A stretch of 63,631 nt of DNA, filler included, from Globobulimina sp. (Eukaryota): the NCBI GenBank assembly GCA_003354225.1. It is 27 parts of 27 records of this genome, joined end to end, with 100 filler letters (N's around TTAATTAATTAA, not from the genome) between each part and the next. Parts side by side here need not be neighbours in the genome. Positions count along the whole stretch, not along the records: positions 35,414 to 37,673 come from PIVH01007816.1; positions 37,774 to 40,033 come from PIVH01007817.1; positions 40,134 to 42,393 come from PIVH01007818.1; positions 42,494 to 44,753 come from PIVH01007819.1; positions 44,854 to 47,113 come from PIVH01007820.1; positions 47,214 to 49,473 come from PIVH01007821.1; 21 more parts are not named here. The stretch is one strand, 5' to 3'. The notes beneath the pieces are model-generated. The model did no database searches. It was not told the DNA's origin and saw nothing but the letters and a program-made list of their open reading frames with translations. Each line of letters starts with the position of its first letter. Within the stretch, counting starts at the first letter, position 1. The position numbers were made by a program, and so were the translations under genes. Shown one piece after another: positions 35,414-47,600 of this stretch.

Positions 35414-37673
35414 AAGTCATATTAGCAAAATCTGACAAAAAATGCAATACATCGACGTTTGCTGAGAGAATTCAATTAGTTATGGCTGGTAATATCAGCC
35501 AAGTCTTTGATGAAATTAATCAAAAATATTTACAACTCAACAAAGATAGACCCAAACAAACATTTATTAAGAACAAGAAAGGAGATATTACGCGAAACCA
35601 ACGAAAGAAAATAATGAGCGTGGTCGCATTAGGCAAAATTAAAAAGGCATTGACTATGATTAATAGCTCCGGCATGGCCAACATGGACGATCCAAATAAA
35701 TTTGATTTATTGTTATCGAAATATCCTCGACGTAAACACGGCAATGAAGTCGTAAAATTGCCAACAAATCAAAAACATCAAACAAAAATAATAACTGCCG
35801 ACATTTTTGACTCTTCAGTACTGAGTTTAAACGAAACATCTGCGCCGGGAGTATCTGGTATATCCAATGCGCACTTTATAAAAATGTGGAAGAATCGAAC
35901 CGGAACAGAATTGGAGAAGGAAATTAAATATGTCATATTGCTATTTATCAACGGTGAAATTAATTGCGATGTCGTACAATTTGCAAATGGCGGCAGAGTC
36001 ATACCTGCAAACAAAAAGAAAACAGATATAAGGCCAATTACTATTGGCAATCTCCTCCCTTCTCTGTCCATTGCAGTAAGTAAACGGGTACATTCCAAAG
36101 AAATCGAAGATGCACGAGACCCGACACAAATTAGCGAGGATAAATGTGGCGGCGAAGCCATGGTATTAGCATATGAAATGAGTTGCAAATATATCATTAA
36201 ATTTAAATATATGTGCATATTACAAACTGATTGGCGTAATTGTTTTGGCGAAGTTATTAGAAAGCGCCTATTACAACAGATACATCAAGAAATTCCATCG
36301 CAATACCTGCTCAATTACCAGTTATATGGGCGTAATAACAAACTAATTTTACCAAACGGCCACCAATTTGAAGCAGAAGAAGGATTATATCAAGGCCAAG
36401 CAGGAAGCAATGGTAACTGCGGATTATCACAAAAACATTTTATGAAAAGAGTGTTGGACGCAGCGCAACAACAAAAACCCGATTTCCATATTAAAGCAAG
36501 AGCATCTTTCGTCGACGACAATTTTTCATTGATGTCAATTGAGGACGCAAATATTTATATTAATATTATTAATCAAATTGGGCCCGAAGAGGGATACTAT
36601 TTAAATGAAAAGAAAAGCGTAATTACAATTGGTTGCGAATGGAATGAAATATCTCATCTTATTTCATCTGTTTTAGTTAAATTTAAGCGTTTCGAAAATG
36701 GTGTAGGCGAATGTCTAAATATCCCCATTGGGAATCAAAAGTATGTTACAGATTACATGGATGGCAAAATTGGCGATATCCGTAAATCGCTTGTTCAAAT
36801 TGCATACTTCGACCATGCACATTTTACGTATAAAATGTTAAGAGATTTTTTATCTGTTTCGCATATTATATACCAATTACGCCGAATTCCGCCAATGAAA
36901 TCAATACATTTTGCACGCAAATTTGACGAAATGTACCGAGAACAAATTAGTAATATGTGTGGTTTTAATCTCACATATTCACAATGGATTCAATGCACAT
37001 TATCAGTCAATAAATCTGGTTTAGGACTCCGTACGGCATCGGATAAAATATATGCCATTTACTTACCGGCACTCATGGCTGCTGATAAAATTGTTATTCG
37101 TTTGGTGGACGACGATGTTTATGATTTATTCAAAGATGAGATTAAGTCAAGAACTGATCGATGTATATCGAATTATAACACATCAGTGGCAAACCGACAT
37201 AAAATTGAACAATTCGACATCGACATCCATACTACATCGTGGATGACAAGAAATATTCAAATACGTCAATTAAATAAATTATTACAAACCAAAACTGACA
37301 AAGTCCGCGCGGCTCACTTAGCGCAAATGAATAGGAATGCGGGCGCTTTTTTAAATGTTGCAATGATAGAAAATTATGGCCAAATCTATTCAAACTCTGA
37401 AATGCGTGTCATTATCAAACGCAAATTAAGAGTACCGATGTTATTACAAAATGAACAATGTCTTTGCTGCCATGAAACTCTGGATTTATTCGGCGACCAT
37501 GCCGCAGTTTGCAAACATGGACGCGGTGTTATATTCAGACATGACTTGGTCGTTCAAGCATTCTCGACACTTCTATCACAAGCAAAGATTAAACATTCTA
37601 TTGAATTACGGCATTTATTTGATAATAATTTGATGAAACCAGCAGATATTTTCATTAAGAATTGGGGAATTAA
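35414..37673 (+). mobile_element. Non-LTR retrotransposon, CRE-like (RT, zinc knuckle, restriction-like endonuclease), partial at both ends
   Basis: Uninterrupted intronless ORF over the whole contig: APGVSG, IRPITIG, GLYQG, FVDD, GLGLR, CLCC...DLFGDHAAVC, RHD, E, KPADI. Confidence 0.9.
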
Positions 37674-37793
37674 NNNNNNNNNNNNNNNNNNNNNNNNNNN
37701 NNNNNNNNNNNNNNNNNTTAATTAATTAANNNNNNNNNNNNNNNNNNNNNNNNNNNNNNNNNNNNNNNNNNNNCTCGGATAAGAAACGTTATA

Positions 37794-39785
37794 ATGGCTG
37801 CCCGTACGCAACGACACGGTTCACGTGCACGAAGTGCGCAGGTGGAACCATTGATGGGGCCGCTTGATGTGCCCAAACCAGAAACTGCGTTAATATTCGC
37901 AGATAACAAAACAAGTATAGATAGCAGACATCACACCGATTCATTTGCAATTTCAAGCAGCAGAAACAATACTGATTCATATGCACATTATTATAAACCA
38001 TCAGTAACAACATTTGACGACAGTGATGCTTATAGATCCACATTAAATATTAATACAATATCAAAAATGTGCATTTATTATTTAGTTTTATTTCTATCAT
38101 TTGCATTGATTGTGTTATTTATAATTCGTATCTCTGAGAAATTAAATAAAAACGACACATTGAATCATAAATCCATAGATATTGCATTATGCATTGTTTC
38201 ATCAACATATTTTATATCTGTCATTATAATTTCATTCGTATTTGTTCACCAATATCTATATAAAATAATCGACAAAGAAGACGTATCATATTCAATTAAA
38301 CACGATCCACATCCGGGGATACGATATATGCCACGATCATCTTCCTCCAAATTAAAATATTTTACAATGCAAATGTTTTTCAAATTTAATAGGTTTCAAA
38401 TATCGGTTTGGATGTGTTTTATCCATCAATTAATATCTTCAGCTCTCTATATAATTCAATATGAAAATGATCATTGGAATATTGCTTTTTTTTTAAATAA
38501 ATTACTGGCTGCATTTGGATTTATTTTGCCGTCAATATGCGTCCACATTTACTGTAATGAGCGGAATTATATTTGTAATCATTTTTGGAAGAATTCGCAA
38601 CTAAGCTCGAGAAATTATACTCATTCACTCAATTCGAGTCAAACGCAACTACAAAAAACAAAGTTAACAAATCGAAGTGATATTGACAGGGAAACCAAAG
38701 CCATCGCAGCGTCGTCCTCGATATTTGCTAGCAAAATGTTAATGGGGTGTCTTTGTTTAGGGTATATTGTACAAATTGTATTGTTTATGGCTGAGCCATT
38801 TTGGGGGACTTCATTTTATAAAGATATTGAAGGAGAATACAGATATGTTTATATGCAGATATTTAATATGAACCAACTTATATTTCGCTCATTTGTTGGA
38901 ATATTTTTGTCAGAAACAATTGTTGTTCTGCTGTTTGTCATTATGGACACAAACTGCGTCAATCAAAGTTTTAAGATATTATTATTTCCTTCAAAAAGGT
39001 CCATAATACGTCCACGTGATATGATTATTTTAATTTTATTTGTTTTGATGGAATTATCACTCACTGTGATGTTAAAAAACAATATGAATGATATTACTGG
39101 TTATAATATAACCGATATTCAGCGTAAAGCTGCTGAAATTGTTTTGAATTCATTCTGGATGTTGGTCCATTTAATAATAATAATAATTGTGCTGAAATAT
39201 GCGATAATCGGCAAACTAATTTATGAAGAAAAATTGAAAAGAAAAATAAGTGTTTTTTATGGTTATGTCGCTTCAAATATACCATGGTTTGTTACAGAAT
39301 GTATGTTATTATTAGTCATTTGTTTGTGTTATTTGACACAATTGTCATTAAATAATGCATTGCATCATTATGATAGGTTTGATGTGTATCGACATTGGAT
39401 AATTTATGCGATGTTGGCAATAGAAATGATGCTATTAATACAATATAAGCAAATAAATAAATGTACTTCATTTAAGAAATATTTCTCTGCAGACCATGTA
39501 CGTTATTTTATCAGATGTTTGAAAATATTAATATTTATTAATTTGTTTGATTTCTGTTATGTTGTCATATTCCAATTTGACTACTTTTATCGGCAATATT
39601 ATTGGAAACAAAAAGATAGCGAATTGCCACACCGTTTTGAAACGTTTGCATTTGTATTTTGTTTCGGTATGCCGGCATTTATACTTTTAAATTTATCACA
39701 TTGCGTTGAATGTTATATCCATTGGAAACTTATGCCAATGCCTGGAATTGAAATGTCTGCATCTGAGTCTATCCCAAATCATTAA
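37794..39785 (+). CDS. 663-aa polytopic membrane protein of unknown function
   Basis: Intact single-exon ORF with roughly 11-12 hydrophobic segments. Confidence 0.75.
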   Translation: MAARTQRHGSRARSAQVEPLMGPLDVPKPETALIFADNKTSIDSRHHTDSFAISSSRNNTDSYAHYYKPSVTTFDDSDAYRSTLNINTISKMCIYYLVLFLSFALIVLFIIRISEKLNKNDTLNHKSIDIALCIVSSTYFISVIIISFVFVHQYLYKIIDKEDVSYSIKHDPHPGIRYMPRSSSSKLKYFTMQMFFKFNRFQISVWMCFIHQLISSALYIIQYENDHWNIAFFLNKLLAAFGFILPSICVHIYCNERNYICNHFWKNSQLSSRNYTHSLNSSQTQLQKTKLTNRSDIDRETKAIAASSSIFASKMLMGCLCLGYIVQIVLFMAEPFWGTSFYKDIEGEYRYVYMQIFNMNQLIFRSFVGIFLSETIVVLLFVIMDTNCVNQSFKILLFPSKRSIIRPRDMIILILFVLMELSLTVMLKNNMNDITGYNITDIQRKAAEIVLNSFWMLVHLIIIIIVLKYAIIGKLIYEEKLKRKISVFYGYVASNIPWFVTECMLLLVICLCYLTQLSLNNALHHYDRFDVYRHWIIYAMLAIEMMLLIQYKQINKCTSFKKYFSADHVRYFIRCLKILIFINLFDFCYVVIFQFDYFYRQYYWKQKDSELPHRFETFAFVFCFGMPAFILLNLSHCVECYIHWKLMPMPGIEMSASESIPNH

Positions 39786-40133
39786 TTGATCTTTTTTTAA
39801 TCTTTTTGTCAAATAGCTTTTTATACATTAACTGATCCATTTTTCCATGCAATTTATTACAACAATAGTTTAACCTTTCCATAAATATATGAGTTTCGAT
39901 CGATATACATTAGAGTTTTCCTATTTTAATGTGAGCCCTTTAATTATCAATTTAATTATTTAACATATACAAAGGAAAAACCTTCTGAAGCTTGCAGACT
40001 GTTTGATATTAAAGGAACATCGTAATTCGAAATNNNNNNNNNNNNNNNNNNNNNNNNNNNNNNNNNNNNNNNNNNNNTTAATTAATTAANNNNNNNNNNN
40101 NNNNNNNNNNNNNNNNNNNNNNNNNNNNNNNNN

Positions 40134-40646
40134 TGTAGATGGCGCATTGTGCGGAGTAAATTGAAATTTTAAACCAGCGGGATCTTCAGAAATTGACATT
40201 GGAGTATCCTGATTCGTGACTGATGTCGTTTCTGATTCGATTTGGTGCGATCTGTGATCCACATTTGCTGAGTTTGCCGTTAGAATTCCTGTTTTCTCCA
40301 CAACAGCGGTTATAAGAGCATTATAAGTCAATACATTCTGCAAATCTTGGTGTGGATAGATCACGGTTTGTTTGTTTGTTGGTGTGGATAGATCACGGTT
40401 TTGCTTAAAATCATCTGATATTTGGTATCAACAAATTATTTGTCAGCAAATGCAAATCTGCATGAAACCTGTTCAAACTATAATGTACAAACCTGGTGAT
40501 GTATTCAAACGGTTTTGTTCCAATCTTGTTGGTGATTGATTTGTCCAAAACCGCACTGGTGTTGTTATCCGTCTAGATTGCGTGGATACTGATAGTGTAA
40601 AGCGTAAAATAACAGTGATTATAAGAAACAGTTGACATTTTGTCAT
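40134..40646 (-). CDS. Putative secreted protein, 3'-partial; intron 40415..40492
   Basis: MTKCQLFLIITVILRFTLS signal-like start; the GT-AG intron joins it in frame to ORF 40086..40364. Confidence 0.55.
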
Positions 40647-40803
40647 GATTAACTGAAATAATTAAGTAAAACTTTAAGCTTTTCTAAATTTTGGTTGCGA
40701 ATGTCCGCCGATTCAGCGGTGAAAGTAAAAAATCACGATTTGATTATTTTCAACGTTTTATTGTTTTATTATAAATAAATACAATAACAAGAACAATGTG
40801 TTG

Positions 40804-42093
40804 TTAATATTTCATTGTATAAAGGCACAAATATCCATCGTCACCAACAGTGGCCAACTTATCATTGTTCATATTATATCTCACCTTCCATACTTGATCA
40901 CTGTGGTCATGATGTGTTTCAATTAGCTTGTCATCATTTTGCTGATGCAAATCCCATAATTTCACCGTATTATCCATACTTGCAGATGCTACGTATTGTT
41001 TCCTTCCAAAATCAACAGACGTAACACATGATTTATGCGACGCCAGCGATGCAATCAGTGCTTTTTTGCTATTCTTTTTATTTTGTGATGTATCATAAAC
41101 ATGAACAAAATTGTCATCACATCCAACACATAAATACGCCTCCGCGCCACCACAATACCATCGGCAATCCCTTATCTCCTTATACGTCAACTTCCGATTA
41201 AATATCGATACACATTTCTCAATATCAAATACTTCCACTCTCTGTGCTGATTGACATGACACTGCCAACCAATTGGGGTTCATTCTGCGATTAAATGTCA
41301 CACTGCCAACCATTGCATGAGCTCCACGCAACGTCTTTGTGGCCTGCGCATCCTTGTTATTATGCAATTTCACCATTGGAACTAATGCCTGCAATACAGT
41401 GGGTTTGTTATTGTTTTTGTTCTCATTGTTGTCATATAAGGGCCACAAATATATTTGTCCAAATTGGTCGCCAGTAGCCATCACACTGCAATCTGTATTA
41501 ATGTCACTGCTCCAACAACCACCGTACTGTTCTAAATATTGTGTATGTGACGATTTCTTTCCATTTTGGTCACATACATACACCCGATGCCTCTCGTTCA
41601 TATCGTATTGTTTGTATTCATCGATGCCGGCACTGTTCTCATTGTCTTCGTCGTAGTCGTTTGTGTTTATGGCATAGACTCTGACAAAAGAATCGACGGA
41701 GACAGTGGTTAATAAATATGTGTTTGGAGCGGATGCAACAGGCACACATTTGATATCAGTGATTGGTGTTATTCCAATTGATTTGGTGCCAGTGTTGGTT
41801 AATTCTAATTTGATTCTGCTCTCTGATTCGTTATCTCCGTTCATTTTAATATCATTGTCAGTGTCATTTATATCATCAAATAATGAGGCATACTTATTGG
41901 CGGTGCCACTGATGTTCCATTTTTTTATGGTTCCGTCTGCTCCGCCGGTGAACAGGATGTCTTGATTGTGGTCGGGCAGCCATGTCAGACACCATGCCGG
42001 GCAATCATGTGCTAGTACTTTTGCGGATAGATTTAAACGTGTTGGCTTTTTGTTTTTTTCTTCTTTTTTGATAGTTGGTTTCGGTGTTGCCAT
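40804..42093 (-). CDS. SKI8: WD40 protein, SKI8/WDR61-like
   Basis: AHDCPAWCLTW start; HSDQVWKVRYN...LATVGDDGYLCLY end resembles the WDR61 C-terminus; likely ATG at 42093. Confidence 0.75.
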   Translation of the reverse strand: MATPKPTIKKEEKNKKPTRLNLSAKVLAHDCPAWCLTWLPDHNQDILFTGGADGTIKKWNISGTANKYASLFDDINDTDNDIKMNGDNESESRIKLELTNTGTKSIGITPITDIKCVPVASAPNTYLLTTVSVDSFVRVYAINTNDYDEDNENSAGIDEYKQYDMNERHRVYVCDQNGKKSSHTQYLEQYGGCWSSDINTDCSVMATGDQFGQIYLWPLYDNNENKNNNKPTVLQALVPMVKLHNNKDAQATKTLRGAHAMVGSVTFNRRMNPNWLAVSCQSAQRVEVFDIEKCVSIFNRKLTYKEIRDCRWYCGGAEAYLCVGCDDNFVHVYDTSQNKKNSKKALIASLASHKSCVTSVDFGRKQYVASASMDNTVKLWDLHQQNDDKLIETHHDHSDQVWKVRYNMNNDKLATVGDDGYLCLYTMKY

Positions 42094-42493
42094 GGTGTTG
42101 ATGGGAGTGTCGTGCGTAACTTTGCAAAAAATGTTGTTTTTGATAATATTAATAGCCACCCTTATTGTTAATACAAATAGTGAGCCACAATGGTTTAATC
42201 CATATGATTTTGAATTGGGTGGATTTGAAGTGAATCGTGCATATTTTAAATCATTAAATAACAAACAAGATTGTCAAGATATTAATGATGGAAAGTGTAT
42301 TTATTCCAATTTTATTAAACTGGTTTCAAAAATCATTGTCGGTTTTGCATGGTATTTTACGCATTGAAGATTAAAGGATTTGAAACTTTACTANNNNNNN
42401 NNNNNNNNNNNNNNNNNNNNNNNNNNNNNNNNNNNNNTTAATTAATTAANNNNNNNNNNNNNNNNNNNNNNNNNNNNNNNNNNNNNNNNNNNN

Positions 42494-42966
42494 TGGTTCA
42501 TAAGAGATTGCTTTATTTGGTGCCACTCTTTCAGTCTCTTTTTCGATTTCGACGCGAATTTTATTGAAGTCATAATATTTTTTGTATCCAGAATGCAAAA
42601 ATTCACCCCACGTATCGCCATTGTTTTTTTTGTTGCTGTCGCTCTTTTCTTCTTTGTTGAGTAAATCATTTAAATGTGCGGTGTTAAATAATTGTAATAT
42701 TAATGGTCTGCGTGTGACAATGTTAGAGCCTCTGGGCAGGAAATCGCGACCGACAATATTTTCTAAAACAGAACTTTTCCCCACACTTTGACTGCCGACA
42801 ACTGCTATTTGTGGCAAATCAATTGGTTGAGAACCGACTGTGGCAAATACATCTTGCAATTTGTTTATAATCGGTATTAATCTATTTAGAATCGGTTTGT
42901 TTCATCACTCGTTTTATAGGTTTTTATACAATCATTATATATCAATGTACCAAGATACCGATCCAT
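42494..42966 (-). CDS. Dynamin-related protein (DRP1/Vps1-like), N-terminus; 8-nt first coding exon, intron 42882..42958
   Basis: [15 protein letters not shown]...[19 protein letters not shown]...[14 protein letters not shown]. Confidence 0.95.
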
Positions 42967-43065
42967 AATTTTTTATGATAAAGCGCTTGCTGCAAATTCT
43001 TGAAATTTCTATTCTTAAAAAAAAAAGAAAGGTTTTTGTAAGTGGGTAAAAGCTAAGTTTTAACA

Positions 43066-44364
43066 ATGAGTCGGCAACACGTGGAAGAGTTAGAATATTG
43101 GTTAATATCAATACCAAACCAAAACAATCAACACAAAGCAATGTCGACATTAAAATCAAACATAGAGAACAGAGGCGGGGACCATTACGCTTTGAATAAA
43201 TTACCAATCTCACGACTAAAAGTAGGAACTTTGGATAAATTGATCGCATTGTCGGATGATTTGGGCCGAGTGGATGCGTCGGGAAAGAATGTGGTACAGA
43301 AACTGCATCGAACCTATGCCGAGTTGGAAGATAATACGGATCAATTATTGTCCGTATATAATAAATCAATTCGTGGATATATTACAAATTTTTCATGGGA
43401 TGACGGGCATTTTAATCCTCGCGCTCAATTACGAGATTTAGTACAAGCTATACATTCCAATATGATTAAGACCGCGGAACATTTAAGGAAATGGACCTCT
43501 GCCTTATCCGAAGTGCAAAATAAATTATCTGTGATTGAGAGGAAAAAAACAGGTTCGTTGATGAATAAGTCGCTCGCCGAATATATCAATCACGAGGATT
43601 GGTATAATGGCGACTATATTCGGTCGGCTTTAATTGTTGTCCCCAATGGCAAATGTAATGATTTCTTGAAAGGTTATGAATTCTTTGAAGACACAGCTGC
43701 GCACAAAGCATATTACGATATGTTAAACAAAAAACAATCCGAAGCACAAGCACCAGAACCAGAGCAAGAGGCAGATAATGACATAAAGAATAATAATGTG
43801 AGGAATGTAATGAATAAATTAGCAAAAGCAGAATGTCGCGTCGTTGTGCCAAATTCATCGAAATTGGTAACCAAAGACGAAGAATACTCCTTATTTCGAG
43901 TGTTGTTATTGCATCGCGGCTACGAATGGTTTAAATATGTGACGATGAAGAATGGCTTCGCTGTCCGCGATTTTAACATCGGTGAGTTGGACAATTGCGA
44001 CGACGAAAAAACAATAAAAGATTTAGAGAAACAGGGGGTGGCACAAAAAAAAAAATTAAAATTATTTTGTAAAAATACATTTAGTGAGACGTTTGCCAAT
44101 TGGATGCATTTGAAGATAATACGAGCTTTTGTTGAGTCTGTGTTGCGGTTCGGTTTGCCGGTCGATTTTACGATATCTGTGGTGAAGCCAATAAAAGGAA
44201 AAGAAAAGCAAATGCTAAAAACATTGGAACACAAATACTCCTTCTTATTGGATAAAATATTACAACAAAAATCAAACAAAGACAATGAAAATGAAATCGA
44301 TTATTCTGGTCAGTTAAATGATTTCTATCCTTTCATTTATGTTGAGGTCAAAGTTGAATTGTAA
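43066..44364 (+). CDS. VMA5: V-type ATPase V1 subunit C
   Basis: YWLIS, LKVGTLDKLIALSDDL, WMHLKIIRAFVESVLRFGLP, YPFIY. Confidence 0.95.
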   Translation: MSRQHVEELEYWLISIPNQNNQHKAMSTLKSNIENRGGDHYALNKLPISRLKVGTLDKLIALSDDLGRVDASGKNVVQKLHRTYAELEDNTDQLLSVYNKSIRGYITNFSWDDGHFNPRAQLRDLVQAIHSNMIKTAEHLRKWTSALSEVQNKLSVIERKKTGSLMNKSLAEYINHEDWYNGDYIRSALIVVPNGKCNDFLKGYEFFEDTAAHKAYYDMLNKKQSEAQAPEPEQEADNDIKNNNVRNVMNKLAKAECRVVVPNSSKLVTKDEEYSLFRVLLLHRGYEWFKYVTMKNGFAVRDFNIGELDNCDDEKTIKDLEKQGVAQKKKLKLFCKNTFSETFANWMHLKIIRAFVESVLRFGLPVDFTISVVKPIKGKEKQMLKTLEHKYSFLLDKILQQKSNKDNENEIDYSGQLNDFYPFIYVEVKVEL

Positions 44365-44972
44365 TAAATGACTAATTTCAATTATATATAATTACTTTGG
44401 GAGCGTTCCAAAGAACCAGTCAATTTTGGGATTCTTATTTGAAACTTTGGTGGAACCTCTGTCAAATGGGTGCACTGAGTAAATCTTAAATTGATTCTTA
44501 ATCAGTATTATTTAACTTTTTTGGCTTAGTTAGTTGAAAACCACCTTGGTCAACTTCGAATACTACATAGCGGTAAGACTAAAAGCGCCACATTAGGGTT
44601 TTTGCTTTTAGTTCATTTCTTCAATGAACGCTTTGATAATTGAAGAAAAAAAAACATAACATAACATTTTGCTTTCGTCATGGCACTCAGCGAATTACAA
44701 ATGCAATCTCAATCCAATGCACAGTCCACAAACTCCTGCCTAGCTCAAGTAGANNNNNNNNNNNNNNNNNNNNNNNNNNNNNNNNNNNNNNNNNNNNTTA
44801 ATTAATTAANNNNNNNNNNNNNNNNNNNNNNNNNNNNNNNNNNNNNNNNNNNNCTCACAAAAATTATAAAAAATAAAAATTTGAATAAAAAAAAAAAAAA
44901 AAATTAAGAAGTCCCTCCAGTAAAATATAAAAAAAAAACAAATAGTCTGAGTCTGAGATTTATTTTATAATA

Positions 44973-47045
44973 TTATTGCTGTTTATTATTTAAAATGGGT
45001 AAAGAGAAATTAATATTGAATTGTTGAGCGTAGCGGTTAATTGTTTTACAAATAATTGGTTTTGAGTTTTTTGCAAATCCTTGTTTATTATTCATATTTT
45101 GTCCAATCATATTTGACACAGTTTGTATTAGTAACAGTCGAGGATCTGGCAATTTTGAGGTGATATCATGACTTGGTGACTTTGCGAAGGATAATCCAAC
45201 AAATTTATTCCCGGCACCCTGTTCTTCCAATTTTGAGATATAAAAATCCGCAGTTTTATGTTCATTGGATTGCAATGGTCCCGCCTCAAATATTTCTACC
45301 ACAATGTTTATTAAGTTTGGAAAAAAGCGAAATAAATTCTGATCGGATTGAAAATTATTATCTTTGCATATTTTAAGCATACCAATGGTTAATATTTTCC
45401 TATCAATTAAATCAGTGACATTTCGAGCATAAACTAACCAGACTTTCTCTAAAATCATTGCAAAAATACCATTTTGTATTTTATTACAAGCATTTAATAT
45501 TGCGGATAAACCATTTTTTATGATAAATATTGATAAACTTATCACAAAATGACAACACAATGCAGTCGATTTCTTAGATCTTATTCGGAGACAAACCAAT
45601 TCGATGATCTCTTTTAAATATTTATCTAATTTCTCCATTGGAATATATTGAAATGTGGCACCTAATATTTTAAAGGCGTGATAATCGCAAGTTCGTTTAC
45701 TAAGTAAATGCTGATAAATCCCTAACATTCCACTCAAGCGACGTTCATCAATAAACTTATCCACATCCACTAAACGTAAATAATCGGAAAATGTACCGCT
45801 GATCGCCACGATGTTGCCGTCATTGTTCCACAACGAAGTCTCCAACAATTTATCAAATAGCGAAGCATAATTATTATCCACCACATTGCGAATACGTAAC
45901 ATTAAACCAATAATTTGATAAATATAGGGATGAAACTCGCACGCTTGTTCCATCTCTAATATTTTCATAAATGGCGCCATTAATTGCTGCTCGAATTTTG
46001 ATACATTATTCTTGTTATTCTCGCAGATAAAGCGAATTAATGCAGCTATACACTCAAACATATAATGATTAAAGGTTGGTTTTTGTGGATTTTTGCTCAC
46101 ATTTAATAATATGGTGGAACACTGTTTAATTACTGGTTCGATCACTTTTGCACAGCCGGCCTCGCCCCGCGATATTACGCGCAATATAGACTTCATAATA
46201 TATTCATTGCTGTGACTCTCCTCTCTCGTATTCAATACGGTGAACAAGGCAATTAATAACTTTTCGATATCATTCAACAATAAGCTCTTTGGGTACTTAT
46301 ATTTTACGGATTTATTGTCACATTCTCCTTTCATGGCTAATATTTTATCGATGGCAATGGCAGCATATGTATGTAACACATAATCCTCTTCTTGTAAAAA
46401 TTTGCATGCCATCGGTAATAATTGCAAAAAATTGTCTTTTGGCCACTATTTGTATTAAGTGCAAGGATAAGGACATGGATAAGGATACAAAATAAAGCAA
46501 CTAAACTTGTGAGCGGAATGTGATTACAAATTTAAGACAATCACTTAGTATGATTGGATGGGTTGGATGGCTGCTTTTTTGTTGCGTTAATTGAGGCAAT
46601 ATGTGCTGTTGAAAGAATTGCATGACTGGAACATGTTGATTTAGTTTGGTTGCGCCTAACAATTTGGTTGACCCTTTAATAGAGACCGCCAAAATTAAAT
46701 TAATCGCCGTATCCTTATCCATAAAATGTTTGACTGGGTCTTGTTGATATTTATTAATTAACTGCGATATTTGCGACACGATAATAGTCGATATTTCTGC
46801 TTCAAAATGTTGGCATAATCCACGAATCAAATCAATGGCTCCTCTTCTCCGCGTATATAAATCGCTGCCTTCCATGTCTCTCCGGATCCAATCTTCGCCA
46901 TTCATCTCATACATATTGATATCACTGGCTCGCAAACTGATGTTTCGAATTAATATTCGCGACACAATGTCAGTTAATATGGAGGTTTTGTTGAATAAGT
47001 TGGCATTCCATTTTTGAAAAGCAACAGAAGATAAAAACGTCGCTG
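44973..47045 (-). CDS. CSE1: Exportin-2/CSE1, C-terminal half; intron 46446..46506
   Basis: IRRDMEGSDLYTRRRGA, LKFVITFRSQ, HTYAA, NEYIMK, NPQKPTFNHYMFE, EFHPYIYQI. Confidence 0.93.
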
Positions 47046-47600
47046 TTTACAAGCAAAATTGTGACCGCGTTAAGGAAAAAATTTCCGCATCAAAAAAATA
47101 GCCTTAAAACCATNNNNNNNNNNNNNNNNNNNNNNNNNNNNNNNNNNNNNNNNNNNNTTAATTAATTAANNNNNNNNNNNNNNNNNNNNNNNNNNNNNNN
47201 NNNNNNNNNNNNNAGTTTGCATGTACAAACATAGTGTACAGCCTAAAATTATTTAATTTTGACCATAATCGACAGCAATATATTTTGGACAATATTTTTG
47301 TGGTTGTACCAATATTAACTTATACTTGTTTTACAATTATAGTTTGTTCAGTTATTTTAATTCCGAAATTTATACTTTTTTCATCAGTTTGTATTAAAAA
47401 ATTGTATATGATTTTGTATATATCAGATGCACTGTTTTATAATGATAACTATATACAAGATAACTATATATTTCGTTCAATTATACTTTTTATTCAGATT
47501 AACTCTCTTTTTTTAATATGCTACGTTAACTCAAAAAACATTACGGAATAACATAAATACATTTTAAGATTGGTTACCAAAAACGTTTCACATTTTTATA

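Noticed and set aside
35414..37673. RT as a retron, DGR, group II intron or defence-associated RT
   Set aside because: The C-terminal zinc knuckle and RHD/KPAD endonuclease mark a non-LTR retrotransposon; no msr/msd, template repeat or intron RNA is visible
47234..47551. 105-aa hydrophobic ORF
   Set aside because: Non-ATG start and AT-rich intergenic composition; likely spurious
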